Positions 38,664 through 50,240 are shown, counted from the first letter of the stretch. The stretch is 58,801 nt of DNA from Proteromonas lacertae (GCA_002245135.1 NGBS01000915.1:1-58801); one strand, 5' to 3'. The notes: generated from the sequence alone by a model not told the origin. Made by a program: numbers and translations.

Positions 38664-39504
38664 TTAATAATCATTTTGGTACTCTGGCTCCTCATCATCA
38701 TCATCATCTACTATAAATTGGGAGAAGTTATCATCATCCTCATCTTCCTCTGTACTGGTGTCTTCTTCCTTTCTGTTTGAATTTCTTTTCTGATTGGTCT
38801 TCTTTCTTTTGAATCTTGGAGCTTTAGATGTACTGCACTTTCTTTTGGTGGATGCCACCTTTAACAACTTGTTGTTGTCATCATCATCATCATTATAATC
38901 ATCATCATTCAGGTAATCAAACAACGATGCTATAGAGACTTTACTACTTACTATACTTTCAGCAGTACTTCTATAAACTATATCTCCTTTCGAATTCTTG
39001 TTTTCTTCTTTTTCGCATTTTGCTAAATCGTTGTCACCGAAATGTATGATATACATACAAGTCAGTTCTATCATATCATCCATTGCATGGTCAAGCATAC
39101 GATCATACTATTGATTCAAAATTGAAATATATATTAAATGGATATACGATGCTTTTGTCCAAATCCTCTTTATACATGATATTACATAGCAGGACAGACA
39201 TCAACACTCTGGACATCTTTAATCTTTCATGACGATCATCAATCTTTTCAATTTCTGTGAATCTTTTGTACCATGTACTGAAACGCCTTATACTGAAGTT
39301 ACCATTCCAGCTATAGACATATAATAATATAATATACCTATAACGTTGCAAATCTTTCTCATGTTCTACAATCGTCTTAAAATTCTCACATAAAATTTTA
39401 TATATGCTTGGATTTGGATCATTAATGAAGCTGTTTTTGTATAGTATCTTCCAGTTGCTCATAATAAGTGAATTGAAAGGGAAATAACGTTGAACAATGA
39501 ACAA
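38664..39504 (-). CDS. Hypothetical protein with acidic/basic tail (ORFs 39103-39504 and 38664-39098, probably one gene)
   Basis: Adjacent same-strand ORFs, probably spliced or frameshifted; NLS-like KRKK and a D/E-rich end. Confidence 0.5.
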
Positions 39505-39631
39505 ATGTTATATGTATATATGAAACGGATATATATATATTTTTAAATGTTGTTATAAAGACATATAACTCTATTAATTTAGATAATAATCATAATGAAT
39601 TGAATTTCATTATTACTTTTGTTTTTTCTTT

Positions 39632-40924
39632 TTGGACCATATGTTTAGCACTAATAGTTACGATCCACATTTATACAGCTCATATAGCAACGAGAACCCA
39701 TATCCTGTCAAACCGTTACCTACAAATGGTAACTTATCACTTGCAACATATATTAACCATGGAGCACCGAATATTACACATCCAACAAGAGAGGCTTCGT
39801 ATGAAGACCAAATGTCAAACCAAATTGCCCAATATCGATCACGCTTAGATGAACTATATAAAAAATATTATTACCTTAATGAAAATGAATTTGTCAAAAT
39901 GACACAACATTTGTCTAGTATGAATGATATAGCTCCACCAGATGTAGTACGTGAATACTTAAGGAGACAACCTGGAAAACAAATTGTCGATTTCAAATAT
40001 AAAAAAAATAATCCATTCGCAACTATCAAAAAGCCAGGGTACTTCCAAATGGATATAGTGTTTTTCTTACCTGATATGGAACATTTGTATTTTATCGAAA
40101 TGAATTCAAGAAAAGTATGGGCAATATTTATGCCTAATAAATATGGTGATATTACATTGGATGCATTTCAGAAGTGGTATTATGAAACAGATGCCTATGG
40201 AAACAAAACACATAAAAATGTGGTAAGTATCTTATCAGATGCTGATGCTAGTTTTTCAAATATCAAGAAGTTATGTGATGCTGAAGGAATATCATATTTT
40301 CAAAAAGATGGTTCTGAGCATAAAATAGAGTCATTATTGGATAGATCAGTGAGTGTGATAAAAAGATTGTTGTACAAACACTTGGTGGATCTGGGATATG
40401 ATGCACCTACATATATGGCAGATATTGATCACAATGATAAGCATATTATACCAGATATGAATTATAAATTAAAACTCGATAGTATAATACAGGAAGTGAT
40501 AGATGACTATAACAACAAGCCATTACCAGGAATTAAAGGATATACCCCAAATGAGGTATTCCATAGTCCAGAATTACAAAAACAAATATTACAAAAATCA
40601 ATTAACTACAACTTAAAGAATTATGAAAAATTGGACCATACTGGTCAAAATTTCGAAGTAGGTGATTTGGTGAGATTCAAAGAGAGAAGACGTAAAATGG
40701 ATAAGAACATATACTGGTCAGACAATGTATATAAGATAATCAAGAAAAATCGATATTCATACAATTTAGGTGATATCAATGGGAATGACATTCAAGGTTT
40801 TTCATTAATTCGATTCAAACACTATGAGTTGCAGTTAGTGAGAAAAGATGATGCACCAACCACATGGTTTAGAAAAATACTGGAGAGACCCAAGAGAAAG
40901 AAGGGAGACAAATCAATATTGTAA
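39632..40924 (+). CDS. Retroviral-like (rve, DDE) integrase of Polinton type
   Basis: FQMDIVF, ILSDADASF, LLDRSVSVIKRLL, YNNKP..GYTP. C-terminal FEVGDLVR..WSDNVYKI..ELQLV. Confidence 0.85.
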   Translation: MDHMFSTNSYDPHLYSSYSNENPYPVKPLPTNGNLSLATYINHGAPNITHPTREASYEDQMSNQIAQYRSRLDELYKKYYYLNENEFVKMTQHLSSMNDIAPPDVVREYLRRQPGKQIVDFKYKKNNPFATIKKPGYFQMDIVFFLPDMEHLYFIEMNSRKVWAIFMPNKYGDITLDAFQKWYYETDAYGNKTHKNVVSILSDADASFSNIKKLCDAEGISYFQKDGSEHKIESLLDRSVSVIKRLLYKHLVDLGYDAPTYMADIDHNDKHIIPDMNYKLKLDSIIQEVIDDYNNKPLPGIKGYTPNEVFHSPELQKQILQKSINYNLKNYEKLDHTGQNFEVGDLVRFKERRRKMDKNIYWSDNVYKIIKKNRYSYNLGDINGNDIQGFSLIRFKHYELQLVRKDDAPTTWFRKILERPKRKKGDKSIL

Positions 40925-40974
40925 CGAATAAATTTTTATTATGCTATATATTGTATATGTTGTTTTTTATTATT

Positions 40975-41169
40975 GGGCATTGGATAGACTAGCTACGATG
41001 AGGGCTGCGTTTCTAATTTATAATTATTTATTTATTTATTAAATTAATTTCACAAGGAATTTATGGAAGTTTAATAATAATTACTACTTGGATGTGTGTT
41101 GTTTAATATTGCGCCATTGAAATTCGGCTTGAATCATCCTGGCACGGTATATCTAAATGCCCTTTTTTT
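40975..41169 (+). ncRNA. Putative Pol III structured RNA 1 (VA-RNA-like)
   Basis: 40975-41000 pairs with 41135-41162 and is followed at once by T7. There is no internal T4 run despite a very AT-rich loop. Confidence 0.5.
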
Positions 41170-41177
41170 ATTTAATT

Positions 41178-41270
41178 GGGATCTGATAGACTGTGCAAGG
41201 AAAAAAGAGTCATGCAGCTGGCATTAGTGGTTCGATTCCTAGCACAGACTATTAGTAATCCCATTTTTTT
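41178..41270 (+). ncRNA. Putative Pol III structured RNA 2 (VA-RNA-like)
   Basis: 41178-41202 pairs with 41236-41262. Perfect box B GGTTCGATTCC at 41229-41239 and a T7 terminator at 41264-41270. Confidence 0.6.
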
Positions 41271-41332
41271 AATTTCTTTTTTTTTAAATATTTTATTATA
41301 CATATACATATAGTATATTCTATTTTTTATAT

Positions 41333-41740
41333 ATGATTACACTACCACCACAGATTGAATATAAATTACCAGAACTTGAATCCAAGGTAACAAAGAAATA
41401 TCATTTAAGTGGTCCAGACATATACTTAGATTTGTATAGCCTACAATTCCTTATATTTTTTTATCATCGAAAACCTATATATCAATGGTATTTTGAGTTA
41501 ACACACAAAATGATTAACATGATCATGAGTCAACGTTTGATATTAGTGTTTGTAGGTCCTTGTGACTTAGGAGATAGAGATAGACCCAAAGTTACATACA
41601 CACCAACAATGAAAAAAGTAATCATTAGAATGCCACAAAGATGTTTTAATGGTAAGATGCCAATATTCTTCAAATGTACTCATATGGATACAGAGATGAT
41701 AGAATATATTGAAACTCATACAATATTTCACCACACATAA
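41333..41740 (+). CDS. Hypothetical element protein
   Basis: 135-aa intronless ATG ORF between the RNA pair and the protease gene. Confidence 0.6.
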   Translation: MITLPPQIEYKLPELESKVTKKYHLSGPDIYLDLYSLQFLIFFYHRKPIYQWYFELTHKMINMIMSQRLILVFVGPCDLGDRDRPKVTYTPTMKKVIIRMPQRCFNGKMPIFFKCTHMDTEMIEYIETHTIFHHT

Positions 41741-41782
41741 CAAAACAGAAAAAAAAATAATTAAGTAATAATTTTATATATA

Positions 41783-43240
41783 TTATATTAATCCAAATTG
41801 TTTTTTCATTAACCTAATTTTTGCTTCACCCACTATTGTATTATAGTCAGTAGCCTTTTTGAAACTACACTGATCTCTTAAAATATTTTTCAAAAAATTA
41901 ATAGCAAAAAAACCACAGTTGGCAGTATTTGAATTTTGGTTCTGTACTCCATTGATTTTAAGTTCATACTTTTCATTATGATACTTTTTGAATTTTTTCA
42001 AATTTTTTTTAAATTCTTCCAAGTGTTGAGGATCTTCACCAAATGAATCATAGTACAGGAATTGCTTTTTGATATTGTCAACTACTAAGGCCACCCAATG
42101 ACCTATAGAATCAGGGCTAGCTTGTGTGGTGAGTGTATTGATTATGATTCCCCATTGATTCTTCTTTTTGGGTATAGGAAGTACAAGCTCGTCCCAGCAG
42201 AACACTCCCATGAACTTTCCATGGAAATTATTGAACTCATTTTTCACAATTAACTCTATATCAAAGTTCGATAAAGCATCTGAAGTGATACTGTTATACA
42301 AAACTTTCCTACGTGAAATTAATTTCTTTACTTTTTTATTATTTCCATTACCTATTCCAAAGTAACTCATAGCTTCACTGAGTTGTTTTGCTTGATCTAA
42401 ATTACTCACTGCTCTACCAAAATTAGTGAATGAACTTGGAATTGTTTGTTGTGAACGTTTCACGTAGTTATCCATTTTGATTGCATTCTTGTGTTGATAT
42501 GGTGTTGGTTTTAACCAGTTTAATAAACCACCTGCATCTAGCAAACCAAAACAAGCAGTCAATGCACTGAATACTGTTCCTATACCTGCAACAGTTTGTA
42601 ATGTACCTGTTGGATCAGCTGCAACAGCAGTTTTTGCCATTGATGGCATAGCTTTTGATAATTCACTGATACCTTTAACTGCTGCAGCAGTTGTTGTATC
42701 ACCTCCATTTGCAGCTGCAGCTACAGTTGCTGCTGTTTTTAATGTATCACCTACATTTTTTGCATCTATATTTCCAATATTAGAAAATTTGTAGAAGAAT
42801 GGAACTAATTGAAATAAGTATCGAACATATGGATGAGTATTGAACATAAATGAAACACCAAAGTTATACAACAAGTCTACAGGTAACCATGATTTTTGAA
42901 TTGCTTCAGGTAACATTGACTTAACTTTTTCTGAATTACCATAATACAAGTCAGTGATATCAGGTAATCTACCTGACAGCATACGAATTATTTCATAGTA
43001 GTCGAAAATGAAGTACCACATTACATACAAGAACCCTGATGTTGGTAGTTTAGATTTTTTCCATAACCAATAAGCCAAACATGTCATTACTATTGCACGA
43101 ACATATTTCATTGCATGATCTACTTCAAACATTTGAGGAGTAACTCCACCAACCAAATATGACTTCATTGTATAGTATATTTGTGGAAATATCCTAAATA
43201 CATTCTCTACACACAGGAACAAATTACCAGCAAAACCCAT
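41783..43240 (-). CDS. Adenain-like (clan CE) cysteine protease with long hydrophobic/Ala-Thr-rich N-terminal extension
   Basis: FMGVFCWDEL, IIINT, GHWVAL, YYDSFG, Q..NTANCGFFA (H-D-Q-C order). Confidence 0.85.
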   Translation of the reverse strand: MGFAGNLFLCVENVFRIFPQIYYTMKSYLVGGVTPQMFEVDHAMKYVRAIVMTCLAYWLWKKSKLPTSGFLYVMWYFIFDYYEIIRMLSGRLPDITDLYYGNSEKVKSMLPEAIQKSWLPVDLLYNFGVSFMFNTHPYVRYLFQLVPFFYKFSNIGNIDAKNVGDTLKTAATVAAAANGGDTTTAAAVKGISELSKAMPSMAKTAVAADPTGTLQTVAGIGTVFSALTACFGLLDAGGLLNWLKPTPYQHKNAIKMDNYVKRSQQTIPSSFTNFGRAVSNLDQAKQLSEAMSYFGIGNGNNKKVKKLISRRKVLYNSITSDALSNFDIELIVKNEFNNFHGKFMGVFCWDELVLPIPKKKNQWGIIINTLTTQASPDSIGHWVALVVDNIKKQFLYYDSFGEDPQHLEEFKKNLKKFKKYHNEKYELKINGVQNQNSNTANCGFFAINFLKNILRDQCSFKKATDYNTIVGEAKIRLMKKQFGLI

Positions 43241-43439
43241 AAAATAGTGCCCATGAACTACAAGCAGTTTTCACTAAACCAATAGCTATTTCATATTTTT
43301 GTTTATTATCTGTATTCACCCACTCTTGAGGATGTGAGTGACCTAACTTCTCTCTGTTATAATCAAAGTTAATGAAATCTCTACTATTTTGTGATGCTAT
43401 TTCATTCAGTTCTCTATATTTAAGGGCCCTTATAATTCA

Positions 43440-44103
43440 CCTAGGTAAAGTGTTCCAATGCTCAACAATTGTCCGGGAAAAATGAGACTGCTAGACCGTA
43501 GAAACCACTGGGGGTTCTACGTTCTGAAGAGCATGGAGGATGCTGAGAAGTAAACACTCGAAGAACTCCATAGTCATACTTTTCTTGTAATAGCTGTTAA
43601 GTAAAATAACACTGGCTAGCAATATTGATGCTATTAGTCTTGCGAAGCTTTCCAGGGATGAGTTAGAAGCATTGATCATAAAGGTCGAGAAGAAACAACA
43701 AGAGCTGAAAGAGCATAAGGAGAAGGTATAGGGTAAGGCATCGGAAGTAGTTTCAAGGAAGCGTAAGTTCAATGCTAAGTACTACATCCGATGCATCGAT
43801 CAGGAGTCAGCTAAGGAATATCTCGCGCTTACCAAGGAGATGGAGGAGTACTTCAAAGAGATCACCAGCATGACTGATGAGGAAGCTTCCGTGATCAACA
43901 ACCAGGAGGAAATAATGAAGGCTGTGAAGATAAAGTCCATCGCTGTTTACCTATTGAAGTCCTTGACCTTACAAGTACAATTCAAGCAGTCAGAGTATTA
44001 CAACAACACTCTATTCCCAATACTACCTTACAACTACGAGGTATTCTTAACTAAACGCAACCAAGGAAAAGCATTCAGGAAGAGGATGATGCTCTACACT
44101 TGA
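43440..44103 (+). pseudogene. Decayed coiled-coil ORF from the GC-richer element family
   Basis: Composition matches 17100-24340. The reading frame upstream of 43840 is broken by TAA/TAG stops. Confidence 0.5.
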
Positions 44104-44259
44104 TTTTATTATTTTGTTAGTCAATATTGTGATGTAAGATATGTATTAATTTAACACCAATTCTATGCTATTTTTCCAATTATTTTATGTAATATTATGC
44201 AATATTAAGTCTATATCTGTATATTTCTTGTAAAGAATTAATTGATAATTCCTTATATT

Positions 44260-44988
44260 TTAATCAAGATAGAATCCATTTACATAATTGCATAATGATA
44301 ATTTTATATCTGTCATGTTGTTTACCAGAAATGCATATATTTGAATATTATTTTCAAATAATTGAATTAATTGTTTTTTATTAGAGTAAAATATGTTTGG
44401 TCCAATTGTAATAGCTTCAATTGAATGATTTTTATTAGTTAATAGTTTCAATAGATCATTTTCTGATAATATGTTAAGCATAACATTTTTGAATCCTACT
44501 TTCTTTGCATGTATATATTGGTTATAACTAAAAACTTCTATATAAAACCTATGTAACATTCTACCATATTTCTTTAATAATAAATAATTTGTAATTTTAT
44601 CAGTAAATATATATACATCCTTATATTTTCTTAATAAATAGTAAAACATGTAATCATAAATTGTATTAAACTTACTCAATATTTTTGCATGCTTTATATA
44701 ATCTATATTCAATGTATCTTTTATTGAAAAATTTGTTAAACTTTTAAAACTATTCCAGTCATGTCCTCCTACAATATGATTATCATTTGTAGTTAAAATA
44801 TCTATTTCTATATATCGATAACCTTTCGAATATGATTGCGAAAATGCTTCTAAAGAATTAGTATATTTGGTTGAGTCTATAATTCCACATCCATGTGCAA
44901 TATTGAAACACTTTTTTCTATTATCACAATTTTCATAATAAATGATAAATAAAATAAACGAAATTAATAAAATAAAAATGTACGTCAT
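44260..44988 (-). CDS. Glycerophosphodiester phosphodiesterase (GDPD) family protein with N-terminal anchor
   Basis: IAHGCG, YTNSLEAF, YIEIDI..T.D.HIVGGHDW, IFTDK. Confidence 0.88.
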   Translation of the reverse strand: MTYIFILLISFILFIIYYENCDNRKKCFNIAHGCGIIDSTKYTNSLEAFSQSYSKGYRYIEIDILTTNDNHIVGGHDWNSFKSLTNFSIKDTLNIDYIKHAKILSKFNTIYDYMFYYLLRKYKDVYIFTDKITNYLLLKKYGRMLHRFYIEVFSYNQYIHAKKVGFKNVMLNILSENDLLKLLTNKNHSIEAITIGPNIFYSNKKQLIQLFENNIQIYAFLVNNMTDIKLSLCNYVNGFYLD

Positions 44989-45020
44989 TAATATTTGTTT
45001 ATTATTATTGCATATTATCT

Positions 45021-46565
45021 ATGATTTATAATCAAATTAAGTGTTGTTGCATAATGGTTTTATTGATTTATATATTATATTCATTGAAACACATACATAT
45101 AAAAGGAAAGGTATATAATTTAGATAGTCTTTGTGGAGATTTGTTAAATAATGTAAGATATGATTTTAGCAATGATGTATGTAATCTACCATGCAAAATT
45201 ACATCTGTACATAATATTATTAACAGAGAATTAAATAGAGACTGTGGTAATTCATCATTATCTATTATATTTAATAATAGTTGGTTATATTCAACTTCAA
45301 ATGTAATTGTTAAACAACATAAAGTTATGAATAGAAAATATTATATCTTTGTACAAAAATTAAAAGTATAATTATTTGTTTAAGATTAATTATAGCATAA
45401 AGAAAGGGCAAAAATTATTTCTGAAATAATTGAAATTCAACATTTTAATGGAATAAAACCATTAGGATTATCGAAGTGGTACTTTCATTTTATCCCTCAC
45501 AAAATAAAAACAATTAATGAAATTAATAGTAAGTTATCAGTTCATTTTATTATGTTTGATGGAGGTTCAAGATTTATTATGAAACATCAATTATTAAAAA
45601 CTATACAATATTTAAAATCAATAAATAATTACTATTCAATGTATGACATGTTGAGATATCACACTATTGATTATAATTCATTTGCTCATTTTTCGGCATT
45701 ATTTTATGGATATAGATTGACTGGGGATAATATTAGTAGAAACTATAGAGTAATATATGAAGATTATAAAGAAGAAAATTATATTACTATAAATGCTCAT
45801 CTTGTTTGTGATATTAATGAGAATTTTTACATTCACAATAATTATTCAATGAAACCAGATGTTTAGGTGATAGACAAATTCATCAACATTATTTTGAATA
45901 TTTAAAAGAATCTTTAAATTACTATCATAAAAATAAGCAACCAGTATTTTCAATATCAATATTAATGGATTCTCATGATGTTGACATGAAATCATTGCCT
46001 AGAGTAGATTATAGTCTTTATGAATATTTAAAATATCTAAATAATAAAGGAATTATGAATAATAGTGTAATTTTCATTACATCTGATCATGGTATGCATT
46101 ATGGAAAATTTTATAATACAACAGTATAAACTTTCTATCACTAATTAATTCTAGTTTGGTAAAATTGATCATTCGCTTCCATTGCTGTTCATAATATTTC
46201 CAAAATCATTTACAAATAAAAACAAAAAAATAGCAAGAAATTTAAATATCAATCAAAATAGGTTTGTTACTGCTCTCGATCTTCATAAAACACTGTTGGA
46301 TTTATCACATCTGGGAAAAGTAAAAACTACATATATAAATATAAATATAAATATATATATATAGAAAAAATTACACAACAGCGATAAAGAAGGAGAAAGC
46401 TTATTCAATATAATACCTAAGAAAAGAAACTGCAAAAATCAAAAAATCAAAAACGGTTGTTCATGTAGAGTAGGAAACTCTGAGTTGGATTCTGATAATT
46501 ATGGAATTATAAATTCAGCTATTAATACTTATGAAATTCCAAAAATAGTAACTGTTAATATGTAA
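45021..46565 (+). pseudogene. DUF229-like paralog with an internal deletion/frameshift
   Basis: MFDGGSR, YHTIDYNS, DSHD, ITSDHGMHYG, NQNRFVTALDLH. At about 45860 the frame jumps from KPDV to RCLGD. Confidence 0.65.
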
Positions 46566-47494
46566 TGATAATGATTTACAATAACTTGAGTAATTAATAA
46601 ATTATTTTTCTTTTATCTAAAGATTAATTTAATAATATATTTAAATAAAACAATTAATATGATCGATTTATACCAGTCAATTAAAGGATGAGTATTCCAT
46701 ATATCAACCAGACTCATGTAGGTTCAATCCGAAGGATAGTAGAGCTACTTATCCGATAGAGCAGCTGCTATGCCTGGATTACTTCTTCGAACGGAGTGAA
46801 CTACCTGTGCTTGGTTGACATTCCCCACCACATCTTGATTCTGTCTCTAATCCAGCATAATTTCATAAGCCTGGAACTCATCTTGGTATCTAGTGTGATG
46901 AATTCAATACCATCTTTTTCAATTCGTGAGGGTAATGGAAGATGAAAATCTTGTTAAGTAAGAGGTGGAAGATGATCGTGCGTATAGGCTGAAGGCTCCT
47001 TTCATATCTACTGCGACGGAAGGTTACTTGGAATATGCAATCATCTGGTAAGGCAAAGGCTCTTCTGAGTGGATAGATAGGAGATGGTACAATGGCTAAG
47101 TCAAAGTTCATGATAAGCAAAAGTAAAGCTGGTTGTTGACTCTCATGCGAATTGATTATCTGTAAAACGCAATTCAAGGTTATCCGAAAGTTTTTGTACC
47201 CCTAATTATGACCATGATAATGTCAATAAGGTAATTGTTACAAGTACTTATTACGGATGTTCATAGTTTTAATTCATATTAGTTATGAATACTAGTCGTT
47301 AACAATCCAACAACAAACAAGGTACTTATAAAGAATAAGGTAAAGTTAATTATCATGCTCAAGGACAAGGGTAGTCTGGATCTTGTTTAAGGTATCGCTC
47401 AAGACTATCCAGCTCTTACGTAGATCTCCTAGAGAGTCAACAACCAGCTTTAACTTCTCTTCAGCTTTACTTCCCTTGTATACAAACTTATTCT

Positions 47495-48056
47495 TCAGTA
47501 GGAGTACTTCACACGTCTCAAAGAATTCCGGGAAGTATCATTAGCTGTACCAAGCAATCCAAGGAAGGAACCAAAGTCAATGAAGTAAGGGTCTGGATGA
47601 ACAGCTTCCTTGAAGTAGTTCATTAGCTTCTCGGCAGTGTCATAAGCCTTATCCACATAGCTACGCATATCCCGGATAACTCTGAAGGGATAGTCACTGG
47701 TATCGTAGAGATCAGTAAGATGGTCCTGGAAACTTTCAATTGAATAATAGATGGAGGTTTGGGTATTGAACCATGCATTGAATGATAAAGCAGTCATAGA
47801 ACAAGACTCCTCCAGGGACTTCAATTTAGCTTCTCAGCTATCCCAGGCAAGCAAATCCATGCCACTGGTAGAATCATTCTCCGAAGGTATCCCAGAATGT
47901 TGCTTTACCTTGCTCCGTAATCATCGGTGATGACTTCCTTATTGTTCTACTACTAGCTCCTTGTTTCTTTACTCGGAGCTTCTTACCTTCCTTGGATGAC
48001 TTAACAATGCTAGAGTTGGTTGATAATGATCTGCGTGATGACTTCCTGGGACTCAT
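47495..48056 (-). pseudogene. Broken orphan gene with S/R/K-rich N-terminus
   Basis: ORFs 47874-48056 and 47495-47824 are separated by a stop and a frameshift. Confidence 0.45.
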
Positions 48057-48159
48057 AGACTTTGTCGGTATAAATGATTTTACTCATGTAAAATTGATCC
48101 CAATAAGATAGAAGGTGATGATAAAGCAAGTGAATTATCAAGGGACGTTGTTAAGCTAG

Positions 48160-48566
48160 TTAGAGTCTTCGTCTCTTACCACCCTTAGACTTTGAAACAA
48201 CACGTTCCTCCAAGGTGTCTTCAGCATCCATCAGATCAGCTTTTAAATCTCTTGCTAACCATTTGGCTTCTGCGTATAGACGATGAAGATCATCTAGGAG
48301 GATGAAGCTATCGGTACCTGATTCAGAATAGTTAATGTTGTTAGCTACCCTTTGATGATAGTAGTTCTGTAGGTCACTTGCAAAGCCTGCAATCTGGATC
48401 CATGGAAGACTCAAGTGAATTGCTTTCAAGGAGTCATCGTCAGGTTCATTGTTAAAGGGATCATCAACCTCGTAGATCTCTTCATCACTCTCCTGGGTAA
48501 GTTTCTTAGGCATTGTAAGCACTTGGGTTATTTCAATAGGAAAAGTTGAACTACTCCCTTCATTGA
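48160..48566 (-). CDS. Hypothetical element protein with C-terminal NLS-like KRRRL
   Basis: ORF of about 135 aa in the element's codon style. Confidence 0.5.
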
Positions 48567-49786
48567 ATGAATTCATGGAAGAACATGATTACCGTCAATA
48601 GCTCATCGATAAAGATGTCAGTCCCTTCCATGCAATCCTCGGAGAAGACATTACCTGAGATCTCCAAGGACTTAGCTATCGACTATCAACATTACCCAGT
48701 CCTTACTCCTCCAATCTATCGATGCGCTCCTTTCATTTGTGGATGTCGAGATTCAACAAAGCTTCGGAGGTACGACTACCCATCTATATTCGAGTACCGA
48801 GATCTACACAAAGGTTATGCTTTACGATTCTTATGGGACCTCAAGATCGAAGTAGAAGTATTCAACTCAAGGAAGTTCAATGAGACTGTGATAGATGGAA
48901 TCTACCTGGATGTTCCAGCAGGTTGTGATCGTCAGCACCCGTTCTATCTCTTGATGAAGGATAGTAGAAGTCAACTAGGTTCATTGAAAGCAAAGTTCTT
49001 TACTGAGACCGGAGAGCTCAAGACTTCAACAACAACTTCATCCTCTGATGATCAAGTAAAGGTAACATCATGGTACTTTGGAGTATCAGTGAATCCTAAG
49101 TACACTGATCGATATAAGCTATGGCTCAACAATCAAGGAGACGTCTATCGATCGGTTTATAAGCAATCGCTTACCTCGGGCTATTGGAAGGATGGAGACA
49201 TGATGATCATCTATCCCGAGAAAGTCTGGGAACTCATCGATGAAGTAAGTGAGAGTAAGCAAAGGAATAAACACGTTCACGTGAATGTGAAGAAGGTGGA
49301 TGAGAGAACAAGGAGCAAGATTCAAAGGAAGTTGGATCAAGATTTAAAGGAGATAGAGAAGTCCCGGAGGAGCAATGAGGCACTCAATGAATCCTCCGAA
49401 ACTTGTTTATCAGTGGTAAACAAAAGTACAGTAAGGTAATTTATCAAGGAGTGGAATACAACTCTATGGATGGAAGTGACTCTGACAATGACCAAGACTC
49501 TCATAGGAAAGGCAAGTATTGCACTATCTATCTGGACGCTACGATAATGATCTTTAAGTTTAACAAGGACGTGAGCATGACTGAAAGAACTCTAAGTCCC
49601 GAGGAGATCTTTAATCGAGAAGCTCATCGACTTACTCCTGATCAACGAGAAGAACTCAAGAGATGTCGTCAGCTCGCATTCAGGGTCAAGAGAAAGTACG
49701 TAAAGCATCAGGCTGTAGATTCATCAGATCGAAGAAGTCATCATCATCATCATCATCATCGACACCCCCAGATGAAGAGCTCATAG
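48567..49786 (+). CDS. Hypothetical element protein (ORFs 48567-49439 and 49403-49786 overlap; probably one frameshifted gene)
   Basis: Long intronless ORFs with AAG/TTC-biased codons; His-rich C-terminus. Confidence 0.55.
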
Positions 49787-50240
49787 CCTATAAGCTATTA
49801 TCAAATTTCTTGCCTACTCCAGGAACATGATCTCAATTCATCAACTCGATAATTGACTCTTACCAATCTACCCGAGAGTGTGTATTCATAAGGCCGATCG
49901 TGAAATCCAAGAAGGTAATGAATGGACTCTTCTAGTCAAGGAAGTTCAAGAGAAGCTATCGGAGTGTGAACAACTAGCTCTGGACACGCACTTTATCATG
50001 ATCGACAATGCTAACAAAGGAATCACCGGGAGTGACTTGGAAGTTCACAGCTCAGTAAGGATATTACTCAAGGTAGTTCATCAGCCAGTGATCAAAGCTA
50101 AGGAAGTGTTAAGGACTTAACTTCATCGTATTACTGACTGTGAGTTGAAGGATCATGAGATCGTAGAGAAGAGCATTTACCAGAGCCGGGCATGTCTGTT
50201 CCTATACTCCATGGAAGGAATGATATCAACAGAGTAAACG

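Larger units (their letters stand above)
38150..43440. mobile_element. Polinton/virophage-like element fragment (integrase + adenain-like protease)
   Basis: Begins at a perfect 34-bp palindrome and encodes an rve integrase and an adenain-type protease. It is cut at about 43440 by a GC-richer fragment. Confidence 0.7.

Noticed and set aside
41088..41102. 15-bp identity (TTGGATGTGTGTTGT) with the MITE insertion junction at 34207-34221
   Set aside because: A single short, GT-rich match with no extension; it cannot be distinguished from chance.
41183..41210. Hammerhead ribozyme (CTGATAG...GAAA)
   Set aside because: The core does not match CUGAnGA, and the required helices are absent.
41219..41245. 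tRNA gene suggested by GGTTCGATTCC
   Set aside because: No cloverleaf or anticodon arm can be formed; the motif sits in a long terminal stem instead.
17100..43440. One continuous Polinton joining polB with the integrase and protease
   Set aside because: The blocks differ clearly in composition, have unrelated termini, and are separated by 14 kb of intron-containing glyco-genes.
49738..49760. Poly-His tract as an engineered tag
   Set aside because: A simple CAT microsatellite in a natural ORF with no vector sequence nearby.
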